This document shows, piece after piece, positions 12,245 through 26,764 of a stretch of 61,780 bases of DNA (within the stretch, counting starts at the first letter, position 1; every line of letters starts with the position of its first letter). The stretch is from Octopus bimaculoides (taxonomy: Eukaryota): the NCBI RefSeq assembly GCF_001194135.2, contig NC_068981.1, positions 152,324,104-152,385,883 on the forward strand, in the 5' to 3' direction. A program made the translations under genes and the position numbers. The notes under the pieces were generated by a model. That model searched no databases. It saw only the letters and a list, made by a program, of their open reading frames with translations, and was not told the DNA's origin.

Positions 12245-14974
12245 TATAATAAATATCTTTTTAAGTCATAATTCTGAAATTAACTGTAGGCATTAAGAAA
12301 AACATGGACTTGTAGTCATATGCCCAATAAATATCCACACTGTCCAATTAGGAAGAAACATTCACTAATATAAGGTGAAATAAATATATTCAATTTTTAA
12401 AAAATGGAATCATATCACTTCAAAAATATTTGATAATATTTATCTGATATTATCTAATATTTATTAGATAACATTTTGGATAAAATTTATAGCTAATACC
12501 ATATCAATTTCATCTAATCTTTTCCTTTAAAACAATGTTATTTTCAAAATATTCCATTAAAAAATTTGAATTTTCATGGCTTCTATAACGGTGTGTTTTT
12601 GCAGTGTATCATCAAAAAATAACATTTTGAATTATTATATCTGGGCCAGAAAAGAGAACAAATCACAAAATACAATTGTATAAGATTACTTTTCACTTTT
12701 ATTTATTTCTGAAAAAGCTATTACTTGAATAGAAAAAGATTATTCTTGGACTATAAACCTCATCATTTCCATTTTTATTAAACTTATTTATAAAAGCACA
12801 AAAGATGAGGTCATTTTTACTTTTAAGGTATTCCAAACTGACATCACCATTATCAGAATAATATTGTAACAAAATATTAATAAAAATGTCAATACCTTTT
12901 GGAGAATAGAAACATGAATTTATCAACTTTTGAAACTTAAACTATCAAAACTTATTAAAGAATAATTAAATTTGTGAAAGAATTTTATCTGATGAAATCA
13001 CTCACAGTTAAAGGAAACTAAAACAGAAAACTAAACTTTATGTATTTTCCAGGCTCAGTGAAATCAAAACCGGCATTTCCTAAGAATACACAGAAGCAAC
13101 CACATAAAAGATTATATAAAGTTATTTAAAAAGCCATTTTCTATTGCACAGGATTAATTTAATGAATTTAAATAAAGAAAAGTATTTCAAATAACTCAGA
13201 CGGCTGACCAAGAACTGGAATAAAAAAAATTAGATTTTTGTTTACAGATTAAATTGATTTGTCACTCAAAATCAGTTTGTAGAATCTTTAAAGCATATTT
13301 ATTTCCATTGTATCATAAATATACAGTTTTTTTTTTTTATGATTGTACATTCATTGAATGTGCTGTTCAATCAATAAAAACAAAGTAGTCATGTGCAAAT
13401 CTGTAACAAAGTCTATATGCAAATCAGAGTATTAATATATGTTAATTCAAAGCAAAATAATCTTTGTAACAGAGGAATATTCTATTAGCTTGAGAATTTT
13501 TTTAAAAAGTGTGCTTTTTTTTAAAAATAGATAAAGAAATTTATCACAAAAGTGATTTTTTAAGTAGTTAATGCCAAATTTTCTGAGTGGAATGGACAAC
13601 ATCACAACGATGCTTTTCTATTTCATTTATCCACACAAAAAAGAATATAACTACATAATTAAAAAAATGTTAGCTTGATATTTTTTTTTTTATTAGATGT
13701 TTCAATTTATGGTTTTAAAATTGATATTAAATTTTTGATGCCTCAATGGTAAGAGTTTGACTTTATGGCTTAGCTAAATTTTTATTCAACTAAGTTATTT
13801 CTGTTCTTGCTAAAAAAATCATCCATTCATTTCGGTAATACAAGAAACTCTAATTACTTTTAAAGATCTAAATATTCAAAGTAAACTTATCTTATTTATG
13901 TATTGCCCAAATTAATTATTATAAAATGTTCTCTCATTTAAAGTTTTAATTTGATTGTGCTAAATTAATAGAAATTTACTCTAGTAATTCACAGATATAC
14001 TGTCAATCAAGTAATAACTAAATGAGATCCAAATTGAAATTTAGTTATTAATCATTTAGATATCATTCTGTTACAAATCATATTTATATGCAAATAAATC
14101 AAAACATTTAAAGCATATTTAAGAATTACAAACATAGGTGTCTCAAATAAAATCAGTGCAATGAAAGAAAACACAATAGCATGCTCAAAATATCAAAGAA
14201 ATATACTGAATAAATCAGGGAATATTTTTTATATAATCTGATAATGTGATATCTAATTATGCAATGCTGAAAACACAGTTTTAATATATAATATTTTAAA
14301 ATTTATGTTAATACATAATTAAATAAATGTACTCACAAAATAAAGAAGCATTTTAAGTGGATTATACTTTTGAAAATCTAATGACTTGAGAAAGTAATAA
14401 TCCATATTTAAATAGAATCATTAGTTTTAAAGAAGTTTGCAACTGCTTTATGCCATCATATTGAAGATATTATATTTGTCTCAGTACATTTAGTGGAATA
14501 AAAGACCATATTAGATATTATTATAAGAATTTTAAAAATTAAAATTAATATCCTTCATTTTAAAATTATAACTTAAAATCATAATTTAAATTGATTTGCT
14601 TTATTTATGTTAGAAAATTCATAAAATAGTAAACTTCTATTCCAATATGGATAAAATTATAATATTCATAAAGAATTTTAACATTTAAGTAGAAAATCTT
14701 TTAAAAGCACAATGATTTTATGTTTTAGTTAGGAAGTAATTTAACCTTGGGCAAAGAAAACTGTTTTGATTATATTTTAATGACTAAAATTTCAGAACGC
14801 TTTTATAAATATCTTATGATGTAATAGAATATCAGAATTAGTTTTCAAAGGTGAAATAAGGAACCTAAAATTTGCAGTATTTATGTAGACACTGCCAAAA
14901 AGTTACACATTTTTAAATTTACATCATAGAAATAAATGATAACAACAATAACAGCAAATAATGATGATGATGAT

Positions 14975-14977
14975 AAA

Positions 14978-15045
<68 letters not shown>
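14975..15045. repeat. (AAT)n microsatellite; one of many (16893-17045, 18480-18567, 21298-21345, 22568-22636, 48425-48532, 48720-48810, 50325-50420, 53930-54050, 55165-55235)
   Basis: Directly visible. Confidence 0.95.
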
Positions 15046-15046
<1 letters not shown>

Positions 15047-15299
15047 TTCTTGCATTAATAATAATAAAAACAACAGTAACAACAATAATTATTCTAACAG
15101 GAATAAAATTTGGGTTAGGGATAACAGACAATAAAATCATCTCTAGTACTTGAATGGAACTTCATCAACCCATCGACCCTGAAGGATGAAAGGTAAAGCT
15201 GAACTTGTAGGTTTCTGAAGTCAGAACATAAACATCAAGGGCTAATATCATAAGGCATTTCATCCAACACATTAATGATCTTGCCAGTCTACCAGTAAT

Positions 15300-16780
15300 A
15301 ATAGAAATGATGTCAGCTAAAGTCAACTTTACCTTTCCTCTTTCCAGGATTTCCAAGTAAGTATAATCTTGCTACTCCTGCCCTTGGGTGGAGTTCTCCA
15401 TTCATATTGAATTCCTTCATAGTTCTTCTGTCTAGCTTTGCTGCTGGGTGTCTAAGTAATGATACTGCCCAATTATTTACAGCCTTCACTAGGTTCAGAC
15501 TATTTAGCTTTGACTTCATTAGCTTCCTCACCCCTCTGATGTACTTCTCAATTTTCGTTTTCATTTCTAGAGTTAGTACTCTGTCAGATTCTAATACTCC
15601 TAGATGATTATAACTCTCTCTTTTCAATGATTTTAATGTCTGGCCATCTGGTAAGTGGATGTCTTCACTGTTGACTACGTGTCCCCTTTTTGTAACTGAT
15701 ATTGTACACTTATCTATGCCAAATGCCATGCCTATATCTTTGCTGAAGAGTCTTACACTCTGTATTAAGGAATCTATCTCTTTTCCATTCTTACTAAAAA
15801 GCTTTAGATCATCCAATGGTTAAATTTTCCCTTTCTATTTCTGAAGTGATACTCTGCCTTTGCCTTCTTTAATACTAAACTGAGGAGAATCAAACATAAG
15901 ACAAATATTAAAGGAGATATTATTTCTTTTAATTACATGTTTTGCTGGAACTCCTGGAGTCTTGCATGCATAGTGGGCTTGCTACCTGCAGCCTACTGTA
16001 CCATGCTATTCGTTCTTTTCAGCTATCTAATACTTTACTGATTATTCTGGCTGAGCCAGAATAATCAGTAACAGTTCTGCTGGGCACTCTATTCCAATTT
16101 CCTTTACATTCCTTTTAGTGCCTTCTGATACTGTTCCCAAGGACCCAACAATAATTGGCATTATCTTCACCTTCTTCATTTTCCATAGCCGGGCTATTTC
16201 CTACTTAAGAGGATTGTATCTATCTATGTTTTCACCTTCCTTTTCGACTATTTGTGGGTCAAAGGGGCAAGCAACGTCAACCTTATAGCATATGTGGTGC
16301 ACCTTGTCCACCACCACTAGGTTCGGTCAGTTATGGTCTAACATCTGATCTGTTTGGATGGGAAGATCCCAGAGGATTTTGCTAATTTCTGACTCTGTCA
16401 CTCACTGTGGTTTGTGCCCATACTATGTCTTGCCTCTTTCTAGCCCCCATTTTTTGCACAGTTTCCAATGGATCACTTTTGCTACCTGATTATATCACCA
16501 CAACTTGTAGTGGTTTGGGGCAAGTCTTGGGCATTCATTCGTGATATGGACAATGGTTTCATCCACTCTATTGCAGATGTGACACAGTGGAGACACTTGC
16601 TCATTCCCTTGGTTGACCCTCTAGTTCGTGGCCAGAGCTTGGTCCTGCACTGCCAGTATAGTGCTCTCAGTCTTTTTTTTTTGGGGGGGGGGGGGGTTCC
16701 TTTCATCAGCCAATCCTGCCTATTTTTTCCAGCAACTTCTGTTGTGGCTACATGGAATTGATTGTGTAGTCCTTTCTTGC
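15300..16780 (-). mobile_element. R4/Dong-like LINE fragments (REL-endonuclease end at ~16060-16780, RT at ~15313-15950)
   Basis: AVQDQAL, WDLPIQTDQ, IIVGSLG; MDDLKLFSK, FGIDKC, KAVNNWAVSLLR, LDRRT, HPRAGVARLY. Confidence 0.85.
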
Positions 16781-16911
16781 ATAATTCTTCTTCATGTCCT
16801 TTTTATATTTCTTTTGTTTTCCCCTTTTTCTCTGCTCTCAATACTCTCTCGTTTCTGTCACGAGCAAGGTTTCCTTACTTTGGGCTAGGTAACATTATTA
16901 TTATTATTATG

Positions 16912-16946
<35 letters not shown>

Positions 16947-18289
16947 TATTACTACTACTACTACTTCTACTACTACTATTACCACTACTACTATTGTTAT
17001 TATTATCATCATGATCATTATCATCATCATCATTATCATCATCATCAGTGGATTTACAAAATTAGTAGGGTGTCAGACATAAATGTCTTGTGACATTTAG
17101 TTATATCCCTCTTTCTGAAAGCAAATTTTGTCAGGAGTTGATAAAGAAATGGAAATGACTGAATCAACTATCACACAAAATAAATTGTTCTTTGTTAAGA
17201 ACCTATGTAGAAAACCATTATTATTATGCATGAATATGTAACATTAGAGAAAGAAATAAGAAGATACCTTGCCTTTGCTTAGTCCAAAGCAGTAGAGCAG
17301 TAATTAAATAGACATCAGCAATTACATTAATAATGAAAATGATAAAGATAACAGCAACAAATAAAAATAATCAGATAAAGCTAGACCTTTAGTGGGAAAC
17401 TAAATCCCTTGAAGGAAAAATATGCACTGAGAATTTAAAACAAAAGGTTTATGAAAAATTCTCATTTGTAGCTGATTAACCATAGCCTAAGATAAAAAAA
17501 AAAAAAGAGTTCTGATAAATTCAGCAGTCTTCACACCTATTTCTTTCAGCAAAACCTTCTGAAAATGAAGTTGACCAAACATGCAGAATACATAGATTAT
17601 TTATGTGAGGAATCCTCCACCAGGATATTTCCATTGGCATAAATGTCATAAGTATGAACATGATGTGGTATAGAGAAAGTTCAATACAACTGCACAATAT
17701 GATTCCGTTTACAAAGAGGGGGATTATAACTGAACTTCTAATCATAGTTTTATATGACAAACAAAATAAGATATATATGTACAATGATTGCTAAACCATA
17801 TCTTGAAGAAGGAAGCCTATTAAAGGAACCAAAATCTTTCAAAATGCACAAATTTAGAAGCAGAAATAGCAAGTCTCTTTCACGAAATTTTAGCAATGTT
17901 TATGAGGCTTCCAATAGTGTTTGTCAAAAGTGGAGAGTCCTTACAAGAAAGATATTTTCATAACGAAAATGCTTCATGAAAATTGAGACTATGAAATAGC
18001 TCCTTTCCCTGTAAATGGTTATTTTGACATTTAAGTGTATTTGAATATTATCAGATGTAGTGGTCTTCATTTATAAAAGTGATTATGTGATAGAACAATC
18101 AAAATATTTAAAAATAAAAAAGTGAGGTCAAAAGTAAAATGAAGACATGTCATCTGTGCAAAAGGAAACAGGATCTGTAGGACTAATTAAACTGTAAATC
18201 ATTGATAAAAAGAAAATACTGTAAAGTTAGAGATCTTGGAGAACACCAGGCTTTGTAGTATAGAGGAATGTGAAAGTACTATCAATACA

Positions 18290-18516
18290 TGCTGGGTAAA
18301 ATGTTTTGTGGCACTTTGTCTGCCTTTAAGCTCTGAGTTCAAATTCTGCCAAGATTAACTTTGCTTTTCATCTTTTCAGGGTCAATGAAATAAGTACCAG
18401 TTAAGTACTAGGGGTTAAGCTTTTGACTAGCACACTCCTCGAAAATTTCAGGCTTTGTACCAATAATAGAAAGGATGGATATTATTATCATTATTATTAC
18501 TATCATTATTATCATG

Positions 18517-18569
<53 letters not shown>

Positions 18570-18785
18570 GGTGGCAAGCTTTCAGAATTGTGAGCACATT
18601 GTATAAAATGCTAAGCGGCATTTCCTTCAAGTTTTTAGCTCTGAATTCAAATCCTACTGGGGTCAACTTGCCTTTCATCCTTTCAGAATCGATAAATGAA
18701 CTATAATTCAGATACTGAGATCAATGTAATCAGCTAATCCCCTCCCACTATAATTGATGGCCTTGTGTCACAATGTGAAATCATT
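18290..18785 (+). mobile_element. Two SINE family 2 copies (18290-18475, 18569-18785); others at 15140-15260 -, 31545-31705 -, 47800-47890 +, 48535-48720 +, 59715-59912 -
   Basis: Same conserved core ctttgcctttcatcctt..gataaa..aagtacc. Confidence 0.8.
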
Positions 18786-20981
18786 ACCACTACTGCTACA
18801 TGATAATAGTTTCATGACTGGAAATGAATGCATCCTATTGAGCAGGTCTGTATAGGAATTTTGTATTCCACATTTTGTCAAGAGCTTCCTTTTCTAATAT
18901 GAAGTGCATCGGCCTTTGTTTTGCTGGATTGACAGTGAATTTGGTTTAACAAACTCCATATTTCTGAATACTGAAAAGAACTGACATGATAAACACATAT
19001 AAATTTTTTGAATATTGGAATCTTGCCAACCTATAAAAGTAAAATCAAAATGATACACAACTAAAGTGCTTCTAAGGGCATCAGCTGTGCAATGCATAGT
19101 TCTTAGAATCAGACTGTTGAATGCTTATGTATATGAGGACATATAATAAATTTATTGAGTTAATTATTTTTGCATATATTTTTGAGATTAGCTATTTAGA
19201 GCACTGTTTGAATTTTCCAGAAAATGTACCTCATCTGTTATGTTTCCACCAAGAGAAAACATAAGAGAATAAAAGTCTGGAAAATAGAAACTACCAATTT
19301 TCTTTTCTTACTCTTTTTTCAAACTTTTCCTCATGAAGAATAGACTACAACTATTAAGAATATGCTACAGTTTGGCTGAAGAATAATACATATGTTTCTT
19401 ACTTTATTAAAATAGTTATATTTTAAGGATCTAATCTTCATTTTGTAATAATTTTAAAGACTATATACTTCAGAAATAATATTATTGAATTTCATATCAA
19501 ATTTGTGTTAAATTTTAGGTTGAATTCATGATGATTTTGGATTTTTAAACATTGGAAACTGTACCACAAAAAGTACAGAAGCAAATTCCAATATCATGCA
19601 TTATATTATGAGAGAAAACTTAATAGTGCAATGGCAAAAGTGTGTGTGCTAAATAAGTAATGTCACAGTGTGGGATAGTTATAAATAATGTGCCACATGG
19701 GTTCATCCTGTGCACAGCACTCAGCTTCTTGTTTATAATTGATTCCAATTTTCAAAGTAATTATGCAAAATATTTTCTGGTGACACCAAAAATTACCGCT
19801 CAGTGTGTTGGTGGAAGGTTTTGATTTGGCTGCAAAAAGACATCAACAAATTGATGGCATAAAGTGATACACAAATATTAAGGTTAGGTATAACAACAAT
19901 TAGAAAATTTATAGTCTTATTTAACACATAAATATGAGTAGTATCAATCTCAGTAATTTGCAACATCGTTCAACAAAAACAGCAAAAATAAACTTAAATA
20001 AGCTTGAAATTAAAAAATAATTAAGCCTGTAAAACAAGTTGATCTCTAATATATATCTTATATAAACATGCATCTGAACTCACCTATTTCTTCATACATT
20101 TCAGTTTCTGAAATAAATAAGTATGACATTTATTAAGATGTTTTAAATTATAAATTTTATCAAATCTTAAATATGTACTGATATTTCATATTTTTAATGT
20201 GTAAATTAGTGCCAAAATTTATTTTGGCTGAAAATTTTTCATCAGTATCCTCTACCCATTTCAAATAAATAATTTATTAATACTTAGATGCTTTGTTTTA
20301 GATTTCCAAAATTTTAGCATCACTGGATTTAACAATTCTGAAACCTGTACAAACTAGATCCTCTAGAAAGTGCCACATTAATCAAGATCATAAACTCTTG
20401 ACTCATTAACTATCAAGCTCTCAATAAAATGTATTAAAATTGAATGGAATTCATTTTTTTTTTAGCAAAACAAAAAATCATTTCAAAGACAAGGAAGATA
20501 ATTATTGCCAAAACAAAACAACACAAATTTAATGTTACATAATATTTGAATATTAAAAATTAAATTTTGAATCATAAAGAAAAGATTTTAGTAAAAAAAA
20601 TAATGGCATATTTTCAAACAGAAAAGCCCAAAATACAACATGAAGTCTTCCACCTAACAATACATATTATTATAAAATGGTAAGTAAAAGTGAACATAAT
20701 AGTATATGAATCTACAATGATGCAATTGCTTTAGTCTCAATACACTATCTCAGATCAAATAATGGCCATAAAAATGCAACTCAATACTATATTTTTCCTT
20801 TGAGAAGAGAAGTAAAAAATTATTTATTTGCACCAACTTCTTAAGCACTGGACTTCTCATGCAACTGGCTTATGGATAATATTTCAATATATTTTCAGGT
20901 TTTTAATTTTCACCACATAATATTCTTTTTTAAATCAGGAAAAATAGCATTTACAAAACATAAAAAGAAAGAAATACACAC

Positions 20982-21248
20982 CTTCAACGAGTTTAGATGT
21001 AGTTGTAGAGACTGTTCCAGCCACACAAGTGTAATCTCCTTGATCTTCCACAGTAACATTGTTAATAATAAGTGTGTGCACTTTCTTATCTACTTTTAGC
21101 TCCATGCGATCATCAAGTTTTAGTTCCTCATTATCTTTCAGCCAAGTTACTTTTATATTTTCCTTGGACATTTCACAAGTGAATATTGCTGTATTGCTTT
21201 CAGTGACTCTCACTTCACATAACTGCTTAGTGAATCGAAGAGTGTCTT
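20982..21248 (-). CDS. Single I-set Ig exon
   Basis: tttttag|AA..GAAG|gtgtgt; 267 nt; LRFTKQLCEVRVTESNTAIFTC..WLKD..DQGDYTC. Confidence 0.95.
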
Positions 21249-21291
21249 CTAAAAATTAAAAAAAAATTAATTAGGAAATATTTTAAAATAT

Positions 21292-21339
<48 letters not shown>

Positions 21340-21499
21340 TAATAATAGAAGGAGGGTAGAGATGAGTTAGGTTAACACTGAAAACAGAGCTCAATGCAAA
21401 AAACAAGATACTATGTATCAACACTCTAGCCATCACAGTTATAAGTTACAGCTACAGTATTCTTAACTTGACTCTAAATGAACTTATCAAAATAAACAT

Positions 21500-22545
21500 G
21501 AAATCGAGAAAAATAATGACAGGATTTTGGATGCACCACCCAAAATCTGACACAGAAAGGTTATACAGCTAGAAAACTATTACAAAATAACCACCATAGG
21601 ACTACAGAAATACCTACTTCAGAAGCAAGGAAAACTAATACAAATAGCAACAAAACACAAACAAAGCAAAAAGCTGTTTTTAGACTTTAAAGGAAGCTGA
21701 CAAATACAAAAAAGAAGTCATAGTACCTAACAGCTATGAAGAAAAAAGAAGGAACAACAAAAGCTATAAAACAACTGAAATCCAAACTAAAACTGGAACA
21801 GCAATGGATCATGATAAAACGATGGCAAGAAAAGCTCCTTCATAGCAGATACTGGATTAAATTAAACAGAAAAGAAATAGACAAAGCAAAATTCCAACAA
21901 TGGCTGAGAAGCTCAGAATTCAAAGTAGGGACTGGAGGATTTTTAATTGCAGCACAAGATCAAAGCCTTCCCACCTAAAATTACCAAAAACATGTAATGA
22001 AAAGAAATACAAATACAAAAGAAATACATTTTCAACTGCAGAATATGTGGAGATGGAGAAGAAACAATAAATCATATTGTCTCTGGCTGACCAATCCTAG
22101 CTAAGAAGGAAAATATTCACAAACACGACAGAGTTGGGACCTATATACACTGGCAGTTATGCCAACACTATGGAATAACAACAGAAAAAAGATGGTACAG
22201 GCACACACCAGAAAACTCTGGGATATGCCTATAAACACAGATAGAGAAATTAAGGCCAATAGGCCAGATATAGTTGTCATAAATTACTAAGAAAAAAATG
22301 CCTTCTACTCAATGTATCAATACCAACAGATGACAATGTTTCTCTAAAAGAAGCAGAGGAACTTCCAAAATACAAAGATATAGAAATAGAGGTAACAAGT
22401 ATATATATAACATACAGTAAATAGCACTACTAGGCACCACACACATCCTCTGTAAAACACTTTCAATACAGTGAAAATAAGACGACAACAAACCACAGCA
22501 CATACCCAAGGCACACAGAGCTGCACTCAGTAGTGCACTGAAAGC
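21500..22545 (+). mobile_element. R4/Dong-like LINE 3' fragment
   Basis: LHSRY..WLRSSEFK..GFLIAAQDQ, CRICG..ETINHIVSG, HDRVG..HWQLC, RPDIVV, KYKDIEIE; followed by (AAT)n. Confidence 0.85.
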
Positions 22546-22566
22546 ACGTGATAAAAAGAAGACTAC

Positions 22567-22637
<71 letters not shown>

Positions 22638-23310
22638 CACCATCATCACCAGGAGGATTATTTTCACATCTACTTTTCCATGTTGATATGGGCTGAATGT
22701 GACATCCTGAAGCAGTATAGTATAACCAGATGTCTTCAGATGACAAACCTTATTTGTTTTTTAAAGTAAAGTATTTTATTCTATCTTTTCACATGCTGAA
22801 TCACCAAACTGCCAGACTATTCAACATTTCTGCACCCCAAAATGCAGTAATATGAAGATATGAGGAGACTAACACACAAGCTCACATATGACAGGCTTTT
22901 GTGTATCATGAAGTTCCTTTCAAAAAGCATTAATCAACCTGAAGATAAAGTTACCCTAGAAGTTATGGAGTGTGATTGAATTGAAAACCACAAGAAAGTA
23001 GATTTCTTAAGTATACAGCCATGTTTGTAACTATGAACTGATCTAAAATAATTTCCCTTTTGTAAAGGAGTACAAGATATTTATGAGTTACGTGTTGAAA
23101 TTATTTTACTGAAATGATCAAATTTTGTAGAATAAATTACCAGGACTGTCCATATTGTATGCATCCTGATTATTTATCTTAATTATTATGACAACATCAA
23201 TGGTGAAAGAGATAAGTGGTGGAGCCAAAGGGATAAAAGTTTTGAGAGAACAAAAAATAAAGAATGATGTAAAAATGTATTCAATAACCTTCCATTAAAA
23301 TAACACATAC

Positions 23311-23574
23311 CTTCTACAGTCAAATAGGATTCTGTATATAATTCTCCAACAAAACATCTATATTCAGCTGTGTCTTCATCTGTAATATCTTTTATTCTTA
23401 GTTTATGAACTTTTCCTTCATTGATGATTTCTGTTCTTTCATCACTTGTTATTTCTGAGCCATCCTTTGTCCACACAACCTCAACATTTTCAAGTGATTC
23501 ACAAATTAATTCAATTGTTTCATCTTTAAAGGCTGTCATATCAGTTAATTTCTTTGAGAATGCTATTTTCTTTT
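23311..23574 (-). CDS. Single I-set Ig exon
   Basis: ttacag|AA..GAAG|gtatgt; 264 nt; AFSKKLTDMTAFKDETIELIC..WTKDG..DTAEYRC..LTVEG. Confidence 0.95.
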
Positions 23575-25528
23575 CTGTAATTAAGTTAAAATTCTAATTA
23601 ATATAAAATTTTAAAGAATTATTCTGAAAAGTTAACTACAGGAACACTTGCATTACAAGAGTATCCTGGAAAATGCAAAATCCTATAACACAGAATCCTA
23701 TAATGCAAAATTAATTTTCCCATTGATTTTCATGTTATAAAATGATAATACATTCCAACAAATAATTTCAAACAAACAGAGTACAATATGAATACATAAA
23801 AACATTTAAAGTGAAATATGTTAAGGAATATATAAGAAACGTCTTACATCCATTCTTTGTTACATTTAATACCCAACTGTTCTCCCAGTTCACTTTTACA
23901 GCCCATGTCTCATTAGAGTGCAATACCACACACCTTATGTATGCTTCAAACCATCTTCCTTTCATATAGAGTAAAACTGTCTTGCTAACAAAGACAACCT
24001 CTTCCTATTCTAGCAATGTTTCTGCTCCAAATATCTCCAGCAGCAACAGTAGCTATTGTTGTTTGTATTATAATCAACTATCAACTATAATTAATAAGCT
24101 GACTGAGCAGTTTAGGAACTTCATTTCATACATGTTCCAATCATTAATTATCCTATGCATCTGTTGTATCTGAAGTTCTACCAAATTCCTAATATCGTTT
24201 TTGCACATATTCCTTAGAATGTATGCATTCCTCAGCTCCTACTCAATCCTTTTTTTATGTATATTACTAGATTTAAAGCCGCACTCCGTGTGGACTTTTA
24301 AGCTAGCTCCTGCAGAGGGTTAATTTGGCCTGCAGCCCAAAACTAAAGAGAGTAATAATAATAAAGCATTTATTGGTACTCTACCAATATGGTATTACTT
24401 TGAACTTAGTTTCAATGAAAAACTTGTAAATTTTTGCACTTCTTTTAAAATTTGAATTTTCAACTTTTAGCATATAACAAATCCTCATCCAGACTTGATC
24501 CCAATGCTGGATGTTCAAGAACCAAATGAAGAGCAGATTTTCAATCCTGGGATCATCCTGATTCCAAAAAGATATAATATGTCTATGTAGTACAAATGTA
24601 AACTGAGATACAGGGGTCCTGGACAGAAAGACAGAATTTCATGTTTATTATTATAGAAGTAAGGAAACTTCCCAAATTTCATGCTCTCTATTAGTAACTC
24701 TTTAGTCTTTAACATTTGTCCTTTGAATCCAGGATTGTGCTTTTGAATCATAAACTTTTTCTGTAACTCCATAGCTCTCAACCGGTTCTACTCTGAATAC
24801 CAGATCATTAGCATATAAAAGTTACCAAAAGTAACCGGGATGAACTCTTTATAAATTCAAGAACTGTAATGAATGGTCAGGTGCAGAGGTCAGTACCCTA
24901 GTGAATACCCACCTATATTATTATTTGTTAGTAAATTAAGTTATGTTTTGCTTTTGCTGCTAAATTATCATCTTCATCATTTACCTTATTTTTTACCAAG
25001 TGAAAAAAAACAGCAAAATATCAATTAAATCAATTATTACAAATGATAATAATGTAATCATTGATGAACTACAAGTAATTTTATCATCATTAGATACATT
25101 TTACAGCTCTGTAAATGTTTACAATATTTTCTGCACAAGAATATTCAAGTTGATTTTCTAATGTAAAACTATTTTATGATATTTCTTTTCACTAAAAACT
25201 TCACCCTTTTCACCAAGCTTCAATTTTGCTGAGTTTTTATTTTTTACTAGATTTCAAAATTTCTAAAAAGAAAAAACTAATTAAAAATATTGATAGGTGA
25301 ATGCCATTTTGATATACTAATCTTCCTAAACCATCTGCTTGTTTGTAGCTAGAAATCATATAATAATTGTGTTGTTTTTTTAGTTATTTATATTTCATTT
25401 TATCTGTCAGCAAATAATTAAAACAGTAATTTTTATCTGGTATGGAATTCAAAGTATTTCTAAAAATACAAATATCTTTCTTTTTTTCATATGTAAATTT
25501 AAACTTGATTGAAAAGAAAACATCATAC

Positions 25529-25795
25529 CATGTACAATCAACTTTGCTGTAGTTGCAACACCATCTACAACACAAGAGTATTCTCCAGTATCTTCCATAT
25601 TAACATGGTTTATAATAAGTTTGTGAAGTCTTCTGTCAGTTGATGTCTCAATTCTGTCAGTGTCACTCAGTTTCTCACCATCTTTCAGCCAAGTAACTAA
25701 AACATCATCTTGAACAGAAACACATGTAAGAATAGCTATTTGTCTTTCATCTACTGTGAGACATTTCAACTTCTGTGAAAAACCAGTTGTCATTT
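25529..25795 (-). CDS. Single I-set Ig exon (array copy 6)
   Basis: ttacag|AA..CATG|gtatga; 267 nt; TTGFSQKLKCLTVDERQIAILTC..DTGEYSC..LIVHG. Confidence 0.95.
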
Positions 25796-26764
25796 CTGTA
25801 ACATAAATAAGAATTTATATTTAAATACTTTTATTCAATTCAAAGGTACATTTAAGTATACTAACATACATAGTAACAAATTTTATTAGAGTAATTAGTA
25901 ATCAAGCAATGCTAGAATATGAGAAATGCTCATTTCATTAATTCCATATGTTTCTAATTTACAGCACATTTCTCAATAAATGAGCCAGAGATGATCAAAT
26001 GAGTACTGTCCAGATTACAAATCAAAGAACTGTAAATTCATATTCTATCAGCTGTGTTAATATCAATAATACTCAAACAGCTAAAATCCATGGAGTTGTA
26101 AATAGCTTCTAGATGGGTGAACAACTCACTACTATAAACAGGATGAGCAATGTAAGAATAACATATCTTTTGTCAACTTAGAGAACAGAATTCAAATCTT
26201 AATGTGAGTATAACTATAGAACTGAGGAAATCTGAAAGGTGATATGCTCTAGTTACACTATATGAAAATGATATGTTTATTACAAACATACCTAATGAGT
26301 ATAGAATAAATGTAAATGAGCTGGTCATGTAAGTTACTAGACTTTAATAATTTGGGTTTATCAATAGCATGGAAGTTTTTTGTTCTGCATCTAGTCAAGA
26401 CATAATTTTACATATCCAAGTTAATCTATTAGGAAAACAAATATAAGGTTCTGCTGAAAAGTTACTATTGATAAACCAGAGCAAAACTTATCTCTTGTCA
26501 TTTTAATAAGAAATGACAGACATCACATTTTGCCTTTTTTCGATTGATTAAATTATAAATTATATATATACGTATATATATATATATATNNNNNNNNNNN
26601 NNNNNNNNNNNNNNNNNNNNNNNNNNNNNNNNNNNNNNNNNNNNNNNNNNNNNNNNNNNNNNNNNNNNNNNNNNNNNNNNNNNNNNNNNNNNNNNNNNNN
26701 NNNNNNNNNNNNNNNNNNNNNNNNNNNNNNNNNNNNNNNNNNTATATACATGCACACATACATA

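Noticed and set aside
12699-12926. 75-aa minus-strand ORF in the large intron
   Set aside because: No recognisable domain or convincing splice sites; Asn/Ile/Phe-rich composition expected from AT-rich DNA
25060-25260. Minus-strand peptides EYSCA and SAKLK resembling a decayed seventh array exon
   Set aside because: Motifs are in the wrong order and spacing, there are stops between them, and no splice sites fit
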